DNA of 64,000 nucleotides from Macrostomum lignano (taxonomy: Eukaryota). The notes under the pieces are model-generated. The model ran no database searches and was not told the DNA's origin. It worked only from the letters and a program-made list of their open reading frames with translations. The position numbers and the translations under genes were made by a program. Each line of letters opens with the position of its first letter. Position 1 is the stretch's first letter. Positions 1 through 46,060 of this stretch are shown piece after piece. The DNA lies in assembly GCA_002269645.1 (NCBI GenBank), contig NIVC01000606.1, positions 1-64,000 on the forward strand, given 5' to 3'.

Positions 1-225
1 ACACACTCACACAGGAGTGTACAGCGGCCCTGACTTTATTCATCGTTAAGGCATGTACACTTCACTGCGCCTTGGGGGGTTGGCCCTCAATGGCGTTAAT
101 TGCACTAGCAGAGCCAAGCCGAGATTCCAATTCAGCCCCAAATTAATGCGACTGCACTTGGAATCGAGCCTGGGCCGCTGGTACATCAGAGCGCTAGCTG
201 CGCTGGACCACTGGACTGCGGCCTT
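1..225 (-). mobile_element. tRNA-derived SINE copy (continues past the left edge of the window)
   Basis: Minus strand has an A-box-like AGTCCAGTGG and B-box-like GGCTCGATTCC. The body is near-identical to copies at 31670-34602, 44060-44310 and 55655-55885. Confidence 0.7.
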
Positions 226-849
226 CGGCTCACTAGGATATTTATCATATAGAGGTCCAATCTACGACACTCGTTTTCTCTCTCTTGCCTGCAGCCCCAC
301 AAGCCAAGTGGCTTCTGTTCCTATCGAACGCAATAAGAGCTTCAGGAAGAACTCAAGCAGACAATCAGTCTCGACAATTCTATAGCAAGTCGGGAATGAA
401 AGCAAAATTTTGAGGAAATATTTAGTGCACTATAATACATGGCGCATGCTCTATACAATGTCCTTATTGACAGGCATATTAAAAAAATCATTGTGATTAT
501 TCATACAATAACTGGTGCAGTGGTTATCGACAATAAGTTAATAAAGATCCTTTTCAAAGGAAAACACCCCACCATAGCCTACTTCAGGTAATAATGTGCG
601 TATATTGCATGCCTTCGTAGGTGTTCGTATTAACATGTATATATAGGTAAAAGTTGGGCAAGGTGGCAGCAGAGATAATTAATGCTCTACGAGTGAAGGC
701 TGTGCTCAGTGTTATACCGTCTGTGCAGAGCGCCGCCCTGCCTGCTGCTGTAAGCGGCGTGGCTTGAATAGGCATAGGAGGCCAGGCGGCTCTCGGGCCT
801 ATAGGACGGCTCGGCGCTCTGGACCGGGGCGCGATCCGGGTGCATCGCG

Positions 850-863
850 GTCGCCATGGCAAC
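850..863. promoter_or_regulatory. RFX X-box-like motif
   Basis: GTCGCCATGGCAAC fits the X-box consensus GTHNYYATRRNAAC and lies in a GC-rich patch (about 640-960). Confidence 0.45.
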
Positions 864-1334
864 GGTGTCGCCGCTTCGAGTGGGGGTTTATGGGGTTGTG
901 TTTCATGTTGTGCGTCAGAAGCGGTTTGGACAATTGCTTTTTTGGTGTTTAGCTTCGAGGGTCGCCAGCCGATTGGGATAACTCATCACCGTCTGCAGCA
1001 TTGAAAGTTAAGCAGACTTGGTCGTGGTTAGTACACGCAGTTTTAATAGGCTTATAGCCTCAACCCTCACGGAAGCCACATTGAGCGAGTGTGCTCAGTT
1101 AATCTGAGCACCAGAGCCCTCAGATAAGCCTTTGACTGCCACATCTTGCCGACCCGCAGCGGGTCAGGCGTGTTTCTATTTCTGTTCATTTCTTTTTGAA
1201 AACTCCACAACTCAATGCAGATTCATTGGCCAATGAAGTTAGTAAAAAAACATTGCAAAAATCAATCAAAGTTCTTTTAATGACTGCTGAGGTACGATAT
1301 GCAAAACTGCTCTATCGGAGCTCAGAGCACCCCC

Positions 1335-35108
<33,774 letters not shown>

Positions 35109-36531
35109 GTTGGACTTGGGCCTGCTGAGATGAAAGATTTGGGAGAGTCTAAGTTTAACGAAAGTAAGCCAGAGTGCCTGTTCTCAACAACTACGGCTCG
35201 GACCGCTGCTGAACTCTGGCAACCTCCGCAAGCGAACCAAGAGGGATCTCGAACTCTGTCCCGATCGATCGATATGATTAGCAACTGTAGCAAGAAGTTA
35301 AACAGGTAGACCCAGCGCTCTTACGTACCAGTGCAATTGATATGGAAAAGGAAGCAAAACTGCTGGTGCTTATTAGAGTCTCTCTCTATCTCAACGTAAA
35401 TTTAATAACGCTCGAATATATAATTCTGTTCTGTTGTCTTTTTCTCAGCCCTCCGGTGCCGCCGAAACTTACTCGGGCCAGCGGTGTTCGCTCAACCCCA
35501 ACTCCTATTTTCTTCTTTCTCGTCTCTTCAAGCTTTGGCTCTCAAGTTAAAGCAAAGAGACTGGCAATAGCCTAGTGGCATTGCTGCTAGGGTGGATCTG
35601 AGGGGGTGCAAGGGGTTAATTGTGCAAAGCATCTGGCTGCTCAGGTGGAAGAGGAAGCTCTAACGGACTGCCATGGCAGGGCGGTGCGCAGTAGGGAGAG
35701 AGGGAGGGGTAGGGTAGGGAGAGCGAGAGGTACAAGCCTTCCTTAGCACTCAGAAACTATAGTAAGACTGGAAAATGAGTGATAGGGCTTCTGGGTCCTT
35801 TAGCACCGAGTTCATTCCCTTCACCCCCCTCTCTCTCTCTCTCTGCTTAATTTTGCAGCTACCAAACATCGAAATGCGCCTTTTGACACTGCGCAGTCCT
35901 GCACGCGGGGGGGGTCAGCCCTATCTAAGTCTCATTCGATTCCAAACCATATTAGCTCGTATCTGGTCGCTAGGGCGGCAAGAATGCTTTCTCTATACTA
36001 CTTTTAAAGAGATTCGCGCTTTTTGAGTTCAAAGATGACTCTCCATCTCTCTCTTGCCCTGCCCTGCCCCAGGTGCTCAAAATATTTGCACAATGTTGAC
36101 AGACTCCAGCTGTCCCTCATTCATTAACTGCACATTAGGCTTCGCTTCAAACAAACTGGCGTGCTTGACATCCATCCTTGATTTGCTAAATGATGGGGTT
36201 AATAATTAGTACGAGCTCGTAAATGTATTTCAAATAAACTGTCAATCACGAGGAGACAGTCCAGAACACAAGGAGATAGCCTCTGCAACAGTCCCTTCCT
36301 CCCATTCGTATATTCGAGTAAAGAATGCAATAACCTCCTTTTTATGATCGAAAGACATCAAGATAACAATCTGTTTCGTAAGATTCGTCCGAAAAATCAA
36401 GGAGAAATATAAAACTCATTTAGAACAACTGCCGAACTAATAAATTTATGCTACTTGTCGCTAGTAGTGTTATTAGCGTTGATACGCTAGTAGTGCAACA
36501 ACAACTCATTCGAGAGAAAGCGAAGGATATC

Positions 36532-37290
<759 letters not shown>

Positions 37291-37637
37291 ATCTGTATCA
37301 TCAGTACTGTAGTGACCTTCGGACATGGACCTAAAAATGGAAATAATTATTCTTAGAGTATCTGAGCTAGCCATACTTGCGCAAAAAATTCACCAAATAT
37401 AGAGTTGGAGCTGCTATGCAGGATGATAAACGATACTCCCCCACGGATGTTTGTGACGCAGAAATTTATTTATGCAGTTTGTCGTAACTGCGCAGACTTA
37501 CCCGTTGCCATGAGTATCGCATGTAGAGAGCTTATATAATAGCCTTGCCTCTCTACTCCCGTGAACTGACACGCCCAGTTCAATTTCAAGGACAACAAAA
37601 CAACAGAGCGCAGTCAGCTGAAGTCCCCAGTCAAACT

Positions 37638-40600
37638 ATGCTGGGCAAGCTCAAGACCGCAGCTAAAAATCGGGCTCCGGTGTTCTCGACAAAACAACAG
37701 CAGCAACAGCGGTGGAAGCCGAAGAATGCCGACGTCAGCTCCCAAGCTTCTCCGGTGTCCAAGGACTCCGAGAAGCTTCCACCCTTGGCCCAACAACCAA
37801 AGCGAGCTGCTCAACAAAAGCAGCAGCAGCAAAAGCTGCATTTGCCTGCAATAGATGCAGCGCCAGTAGAGAAGCTGGTGGTCTCAAAGCCTGCCAGCGA
37901 GTCTGGGATTAATGATGTCCGGCTGCCAGAGCAGCGGATTGAAGTTTCGGTGCACATTCGGCCTTATCTCGATCTACTTGAGGCGAGTAAATTAATTATT
38001 AGCTTCAGATTTTAGTATTGCAATACTAGCCACGTTATACTTGCCTGGCTGTCACGACACATGCAGACTGTTAGCGAGGAATGGCGACTGGCTGACAAAA
38101 CTGCGCGCAAAAAATTCGATTTTCTCCTCGAGAATGTCATCGGCGGAGACTCTGTGTTTGTTGGACCGTTTGGCTTGCGAAAACGTGAGTATATGAAGTG
38201 AATAAGTCTAGCCAAGTGTTGAGTAACTGACGGAAAACCAGTGTTTAGTGACGTCACCTCGATGTGGGGTGTTTAGTGACGTCACCTCGATGTGGGGAGT
38301 TTAGTGACGTCACCTCGATGTGGGGAGTTTAGTGACATCACCTCGATGTGGGGAGTTTAGTGACATCACCTCGATGTAGGGTGTTTAGGGACATCACCTC
38401 AGTGTGGGGAGTTTAGTGACATCACCTCGATTGGGGAGTTTAGTGACGTCACCTCGATGTAGGGTGTTTAGGAACATCACCTCAGTGTGGTGAGTTTAGT
38501 GACATCACCTCGATTGGGGAGTTTAGTGACGTCACCTCGATGTAGGGTGTTTAGGGACATCACCTCAGTGTGGGGAGTTTAGTGAAATCACCTCGATTTG
38601 GGAGTTTAGTGACGTCACCTCGATGTGGGGTGTTTTGTGAAGTCGAGGTCGATGACAATCTCAGCCTGGCAGTGGATCACTGTCTGAACTCTATAGAATT
38701 TCATTGCATTTCAGTTCTATATTTCGATTACGTGGCCTCCGGCAGGTGAGAACAGTAAAAACTGGTGGAAATATTAAACTAAAATGTGTATCTTGTCAGT
38801 AACTAAGATAGATTTGCTATCGCCTCTCATTTAGGAGCCTCCGCTGTATCGAAGACTTCATCCAGAGCTCGGTGCTACCGAGGTACGGCAACACGCACAG
38901 TAGTGGGTCGCTGGTCGCTCTTCAAAGCAACGCCTACAGGGAGGAGGCGAGACACTTGATCAAAAAATGCGTCAACGCTGGGCCAGGCGATGCACTTATC
39001 TTCACCGGTAGCGGTGCTACTGGCGCTGTGCAAACGCTGATTGGAGTCCTGGAGCTTCAGGAGCGTCGCCGCCGAGGAGAGAAACTTGCAGTAGTGCACG
39101 GGCCTTTCGAGCACCACTCGAACCTGTTGCCTTGGCGGGAGCTGGCCGACGTCTGCACTAGAACGCCGCTGGATTCAGCTGGTGGCGTCGACATGGCGGC
39201 GTTAGAAGCGACTCTGAAGCAATTACGGTCGGGCGAGAAGCAGAAACTGCTGCTTATTGGAGCTTTCTCAGCCGCCAGCAATGTCACCGGAACGGTGACC
39301 GACACCGCCTCTGTGACAGCCATGCTGCACGCCTACGGAGCCATCGCGGTGTGGGACTACGCCTGTGCCGGGCCCTACGTGTCGGTGGACATGAACCCTC
39401 GCGGCGCCAAGTCGGGCGCGTTCGACGCGTTGCTCTTGTCGCCGCATAAATTCGTCGGCGGGCCGGGCACGCCAGGCGTTCTGGTGGCCAAGCGGCACCT
39501 TTTCGCCAACAGGGTGCCGCACCGGCCTGGCGGCGGCACCGTGGATTTCGTCACGCGCGACTCGCACCAGTACGAGGCGGACGTTGAGACGCGCGAAGAG
39601 GGCGGCACCCCGGCAATTGTCGATTGCATCCGCTGCGGCCTGGTGTTCCGGGTTAAGCGCACCATCGGAGACCGGGTCATTGAGAACCGAGAGGCTGAGC
39701 TGCTCCGCTGGGCCTGGCAGATTCTGCCGGACATGGAGTCCGTGCTGCTACTTGGCAACCGGCAACAGCCACGCCTGCCAATCTTCTCCTTCCTGGTGGT
39801 GAACCGGGAGACCGGGCTGTTTCTGCACCACAACTTTGTGGCCATTCTGCTCAACGACCTGTACGGTGTGCAGAGCAGGGCCGGCTGCGCCTGCGCTGGG
39901 CCGTACGCTTCGGTAAGATGCCTGGCCTCCTGGCATTCGATTTAGCATGCTAAGCAATGACTCACTTCACCATAAATTCAAGCCCATATTTATACTGAGA
40001 AAGACTCTGTATTCACGTCGCTGTCACAATTCACCATAAGTTCGACCTGTAACACGGTTTCGCTCTGAAGCTGAATAGAAATTTCCCAACTAGAAGACAC
40101 GACTTAGAAAGACTTGGATGCAGAAAGTTTCTCTTTTCAAAGTTACCGTATCGTATTTAATAGAGCCGATTTTTACGGATCTATGACTAATTGACTGGCA
40201 CACTTGACGCCAGGATCAATGCACTCGAATATGGCTGCATAATTCCTAGCTAAAAATAGCCAGCAGAAATTCCAATGCAATTGCGTCGCGTCGCGGCTGG
40301 GCGTGCGAATTTTTTTTCTTTTTTTAATGCAAAATTTGTTTTTTTGTACTACGTGAAAAATTTAAAGCATTGGAGTGTAGCATAGAGTGATATGACTATT
40401 ACCTTGCTTGAATCTCTCAGGATCTATTAGAATTCGACCAACAAACTCAAAATCGGTATCCCTACCTGGCGGATGGAATCAACAGGTAGGTGACTTCATT
40501 TTGCTTTCAATCCTTCAAGACATGCTGCTCATACAAACTGACACAATTGAACTTTAGGCTGAAGTACTGCATGGATAACTATCCGAAGATGAAGGAGATG

Positions 40601-43549
40601 TGCCGGGAAAATGATAGGTAAGAGCTGAGCAATGTCTCTTCGGGAGAGGCCAACCCGTTGTCTTTATCGATTGCTTGAGTCAGGGGTTGCCAACCTTTTT
40701 ACCTCAAGGGCCAAATGGAGAATCTAGTTGCAGGCTAGAGAACGGGAGAGAGGAGATGGGATAGAGGAGAAGAGAGGAGAAGGAAGGAGATAAGGGAGAG
40801 GAGAGAAGGGAGAGGGGAGAAGGGACGGGAGAGAAGGGAGGGGAGAGAAGGGAGAGGAGAGAAGGGAGGGGAGAGAAGGGAGGGGAGAGAAGGGCGAGGA
40901 GAGAAGGGAGAGGAGAGAAGGAAGAGGAGAGAAGGGAGCGGAGAGAAGGGAGAGGGGAGAAGGGACGGGAGAGAAGGGAGGGGAGAGAAGGGAGAGGAGA
41001 GAAGGGAGGGGAGAGAAGGGAGGGGAGAGAAGGGCGAGGAGAGAAGGGAGAGGAGAGAAGGAAGAGGAGAGAAGGGAGCGGAGAGAAGGGAGAGGAGAGA
41101 AGGGAGGGGCGAGATGGGAGAGGAGAGAAGGGAGAGGAGAGAAGGGAGAGGAGAGAAGGGAGAGGAGAGAAGGGAGAGGAGAGAAGGGAGAGGAGAGAAG
41201 GGAGAGGAGAGAAGGGAGAGGAGAGAAGGGGGAAAAGAGATGGCCCACGGGTCGGAGTTTCCCTACCCCTGGCTTGAGTTAGATCGGTGAGTCCTAGAGA
41301 ACATCACAAAGCCTGAAGACTCGTCAGGCTAATCAATAATAAATTTCCTCTTTTTTCCAGCGCCTCCATACCTGAAGAATTGGAAATACTGAAGTGAGCC
41401 TCAATTTGAATTTCTCAGCTTCAATCGTTCAACCCAAGCTTGGTTGTGTGTTGAACTTGCCGCCTTTTCAGACCCGGCTTTGTGCGGGTCAACCTGCCGT
41501 ACTTTTACACGAACGAGATGGTCGCGTTTTTGTTTCACGCTATCGACATGATCAGCCAGCACGGCTGGAAACTGCTGCCCGAGGTGATTTTTTACGAAGC
41601 ATTTAACTTAGTTAAACCACAGATACTAAAATAACTAGATGGGCCACTCAGGCACATATACTTAGTAAAACAGCTTTCTACTTTCATTTCAGTAGCAAAG
41701 AAGAATACATAAGCTTTTATAAAAATAAAGGCAGCTGAAATGACTTTGATAAGTTTAGAAGCCCAAGCTTGCAGGCGTAAACAGCTTGCTAATTGGTTCA
41801 GCAGTAATGTACATTAGCCAGTCCACTGAAATGTACATGGCAGCTTTAGGCTGGAATTCCGAGAAAGGCAATAAAAATTGGGGTGGGGCGGGGGGTTAAT
41901 GTGGAAAGGCGCAGTTGGAGGGTTTAAGCTGGGGTAAAAGCCAATAAATGAGCCTTGACTTTAAAAATAAATTAAAATGCTTCTGTTTAACTTACTACTG
42001 AACAGAAAGTAGCTTACACGCAAATGTGCTGAGTGGCCCATCTAGTTATTTTAGGATCTGTGAGTTAAACTGAATTTTTTTGTCCGCGGTTTGTTCACAT
42101 GTTTAGTAAGCTAACTTTTTTAGAAATGCCACTAAAGACTGGATAGCCAGAGAAGTTCCTATCTTTTATGCTATTTTTAGGGTGCTGTCTATGGTAGAAC
42201 CCGATGAAATCTATTTTGAGTCCGCAATTTTATTTTCCCGTTTTTTTAAACATATAGATCCAATCACAGAATATAAACAGAATGCCGATTCGAGCATTTT
42301 TGTTTAAAAAATCGGTGCAAGAATTGAAATCTTTGCTAAATTACTCTTCGCTAATTTATACTACTGGCCATAGACTTCACAACAAGAGTAGTGCACACGA
42401 ATTTTAATTCGGCTTCATGGAAATCGCTCGATTTGGCATTCTGTGTATATTCTGTGGATCCAATTGTTGTTGATCAATTGCGGTCTTTAAAAACTTCCAA
42501 GAGGACAACTCAACCCTCTCCGTTTCTCAGTACACCTGCAACCCGCACACGGGGGCCTGGAGGCACACCGACTATGCCAGTCAAATTGCCAGCCTGAAAG
42601 ATTTCCGTCTGGACCGGCCGGTCAGCAGGATGAGCTACTTGGAACAGCAGCCGGTCAGCCTGCAGGTACGAATTCACCATTTTTATGCAGGATTTTATGG
42701 TGGTGGGGGACAAAGCCGAGGATTTTACATGTACATGACTAAATTCCTAATCGGTGTTGTCATCGATCATTTTAGCGCCGCAGGCACTCATGTTAGCGCC
42801 GCAGGCACTCATGTTAGCGCCGCAGGCATTCATGTTAGTGCTGCAGGTACTCATTTTAGCGCCGCAGGCACTCATTTTAGCGCTGCAGGCACTCATGTTA
42901 GCGCCGCAGGCACTCATTTTAGCGCCGCAGGCACTCATGTTAGCGCCGCAGGCACTCATGTTAGCGCCGCAGGCACTCATTTTAGCGCCGCAGGCACTCA
43001 TGTTAGCGCCGCAGGCACTCATTTTAGTGCTGCAGGCGCTATGTTTTGTCGCCCTGAAGCAAAATTATTGATTTCCATAACGGGTCAACAAGGTAGGGTG
43101 GGGGGGGGACAAAGCATTGGCATGTCCCCCTATAGGCTCTTACTGGGGGGGGGACATGCCCCCCTGTCCCCCGGTAGCGACGCCCCTGTTTTTAAGCCAC
43201 AAACCTGGATCATTTATCGTAGCGATTTATGGGATTCAAAGCAATTGTATTTCTATTAATGCAGAGCATTGCAAAGTCGGCTGCCAATGTACTTCAGTCT
43301 GCTTCAAATCGAATTAGAAAGGTAAGTCGTGTTTAAGTAGATTAACAATGTCATCATGCATCTAAATAAGTGGTGTACTCGCCTCATTTCTGAATGCTAA
43401 TTTACCAACAGCGACTACAAGACGGCAAAGCCAAAGCTGCGAACCCGCTTGACAACAGCGGCCTCAGCCAGCAGTTGGAGACTCGAATGCGCTGGTTTGC
43501 TATGCCCGACGAAGCTGCCGACAGTCTTCTGCTGGGACAGAAAACTTGA
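37638..43549 (+). CDS. Class-V PLP-dependent aminotransferase / cysteine desulfurase-like protein, 11 exons, about 723-740 aa
   Basis: Exons 37638-37982 (GC donor), 38067(or 38016)-38184, 38715-38745, 38835-39912, 40421-40485, 40558-40617, 41361-41393, 41472-41583, 42531-42665, 43265-43321, 43412-43549; phases are consistent. Motifs: YFDYVASGR, YGNTH, EHHSNLLPW, WDYA, SPHKFVGGPG (PLP lysine), EEGGTP, RAGCACAGPY, KPGFVRVNLPYF, RWFAMPDEA. Confidence 0.85.
38245..38640. repeat. 27-28 bp minisatellite containing TGACGTCA palindromes
   Basis: gtttagtgacgtcacctcgatgtgggga, about 14 units. Confidence 0.9.
40681..41271. mobile_element. hAT-like MITE carrying an internal purine-rich array
   Basis: Termini CAGGGGT...ACCCCTG with a perfect 8-bp TSD, GCTTGAGT (40673-40680 and 41272-41279). 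Confidence 0.8.
41608..42073. mobile_element. MITE with about 90-bp imperfect TIRs
   Basis: cacagatactaaaataactagatgggccactcag on the left is the approximate reverse complement of ctgagtggcccatctagttattttaggatctgtg on the right. Confidence 0.7.
42688..43188. mobile_element. MITE with an internal 21-bp minisatellite (family shared with 62425-62966)
   Basis: Right end agcgacgcccctg; flanks tttttatg/tttttaag may be an imperfect 8-bp TSD; array unit ttagcgccgcaggcactcat(g/t). Confidence 0.6.
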
Positions 43550-43659
43550 GAAAACTTTTGTCTATGGCGAACATGCTTCAATAAGCTAACCGGATTGCTG
43601 CTGATGTGCGTGAACTGGCTTAACATTTCAAATTGACTGTCACAATTAGACTGGCCGGT

Positions 43660-43985
43660 GACATTTGACTGCCATAGTGACATTTGACTGTCATAGTGAC
43701 ATTTGAGTGCCATAGTGACATTTGACTGTCATAGTGACATTTGAGTGCCATAGTGACATTTGACTGTCATAGTGACATTTGAGTGCCATAGTGACATTTG
43801 ACTGCCATAGTGACATTTGAGTGCCATAGTGACATTTGACTGCCATAGTGACATTTGAGTGCCATAGTGACATTTGAGTGCCAGTGACATTTGAGTGCCA
43901 TAGTGACATTTGAGTGCCATAGTGACATTTGAGTGCCATAGTGACATTTGACTGCCATAGTGACATTTGACTGCCAGTGACATTT
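43660..43985. repeat. 19-bp minisatellite
   Basis: catttga(g/c)tg(c/t)catagtga repeated. Confidence 0.9.
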
Positions 43986-44059
43986 GAAAAATTTCTTGTG
44001 CAAGTTAAGACTTTTGACAACCTATCGGCACGTGCAAGACCGTATAGCCCTGCATGTGC

Positions 44060-44310
44060 AATGTGCAATTAACGCCCTTGAGGGCCAACCTTCCATGGCA
44101 CAGTGAAGTGTACATGCCTAACGATAAATAAAAGTTAGAGCCACTGTACACTCTGCGTATGACTGCGTATGTATCCGAGCGCTTGTGTGCCTGCTCAGGG
44201 GAGTCGGCGGAATGGGCAGTAATGCCTCTCGCCGGTTGTGGGCCAATGTCGCTTACAGTGGTCACTTAAATTGCGCCAGGGTGCGCACAGCCTCTGCCTC
44301 TAATAAAAAA
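44060..44310 (+). mobile_element. 5'-truncated tRNA-SINE copy
   Basis: Reverse complement of the body at 55655-55820; ends cagcctctgcctctaataaaaaa. Confidence 0.7.
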
Positions 44311-45290
44311 TGGACTACGCGCTTTGACTACGCGCCCATACACAACACGGACATGTACCAGTACATGATTAATATTTTCCCTTTTTGAACCTCTTCGAAA
44401 TGGAATAATTTAATTTAAACAAGAACTTAAAAAAACGATAACAGGCTAGATGTTGAGTGTTCAAAGACGCCAAGTATTATAGTATGATTGTTAAATACAT
44501 GTACTGCACATGTACCTTAATAAGTAGCAAGGATGATTTAGCGAGAGCGTGAGAATATAAAAGTACAGTCATTTCCTAGCTGTGATATTAGGTTGTCGTT
44601 TAACCTAGCGCACAATTATACATGTAGTTGACGAAATACGAGTAAAAAAATTGTGCCGCTTTGAAACGACCGCTTCTTTAGCACAAGCAACAAAAAGGCA
44701 ACAAAGCAACATGAACACCAAAATGCGCTGTAAAATTAAGTTTCTTATAGAAGCGGCACAAGATTTCGCTCAAGTTTGGGCAGGAACGCACATGTACATG
44801 ACCGTGTGGTCAGCAGGCAGTTTACGAAATGCCGAGTGCGTGACTGCCCTCGCATGTACATGTAGGCTGCATACGCTGTACGTAGTCTGGTCTGCGGCAC
44901 CGGAATCGGTACTAACAACGCCGATTCTTAAAGTACATTGTAGGAAATCTTCGTTTAATTATAAGTTCTTGATTTTTTCCTCCACAATAAAATCGCCATT
45001 GTATAGTAAACATACAACCTAGATAGATCCATGTACGCGATCTTATTTCTGATTGCAAGTAATAAATTAAGTGCTTTTATTTAACAGTACGCTTGTACTG
45101 GTAAACGGACATTTGTCAACCGGTATTTGTTTCAAGCTAAAATTACTGTATATTAACGTTAAAAAGTGTGTCATATGTTAATTTTGTTTGAGACATAAAA
45201 TCGTTTGATATTTCGATACACAAGTGAAGTAAAGCCACGAAGCTAGCCACAAGAAGAAAAATTGAATGTAGCCTCTTGTGCTATGGCTGG

Positions 45291-46060
45291 TTATAATTTA
45301 CACCGCCTGCGGTCATAATGGAAAAGGCATACAGCCCTTTGGCAGTACCGACGGCAGCAATTCGAGCAGTGCCGGCCACAGACGGCGGCCTCAAAGTCGG
45401 CCAGCTTGACGGACTCTACGACAACGTGGCCCCAGTGGCGTAGAAGGTGCCCGAAGACTGCTTCGTACATGTAGTCCTGCTTGACTTTCCGGACATTATC
45501 ATGAAGCTGCTGTACATGTTGTACATGCTGTACATGTGCGTGGACGCTGTAGAACTGGGTGAATGGTGACTTCACTGTGCCATCGAGAAAGCAGCGCCTT
45601 GCGCTTCGCAGCACTGACAGTTGGTCGGCGTCTGCGAACAGCAGATGCCGCCGCGAGGTGCCTGGCACCCACTTCAATTTCAAGCTCGATTGGGTGTTTT
45701 TTAGCCGCCCTTTTTTGTCTGCAGCACACACAAAACACGAAAGTTTGCCGCCTCGGCGATCAAACTCTCGCTGCGCTATATGGCAGAAGCCGGTGTGAAA
45801 GGCATCCGCCATAGCGACCCTTTTGTCTTATTTTGTACGTGCCGCCGCAGTGCCCGGTCGACATCCAGCTCGTAAGTGTGCCGCTTGCCATGACAGTGCG
45901 AAAAATGCGCCTGGCGACTGTGTGGCAGTACCACCGGAATGTGTGGCCGCGACAACGCATGACGCAACGCTAGTACATGCTGCCAGCCTTGCCCCAATTT
46001 CGGCCCTGCTCGATCGTAACAGAGTGACAAAATCAGAAGGTCCGCGCCCCTCACCACTCT
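45291..46060 (-). pseudogene. Degraded MULE/Mutator transposase fragment, with a possible FLYWCH remnant
   Basis: RHLLFADADQLSVLRSARRCFLDGT-VKSPFTQFYSVHA, DFEAAV and CLFHY resemble the MULE DDE domain; GHTFRWYC lies upstream in another frame; the reading frame is disrupted. Confidence 0.7.
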
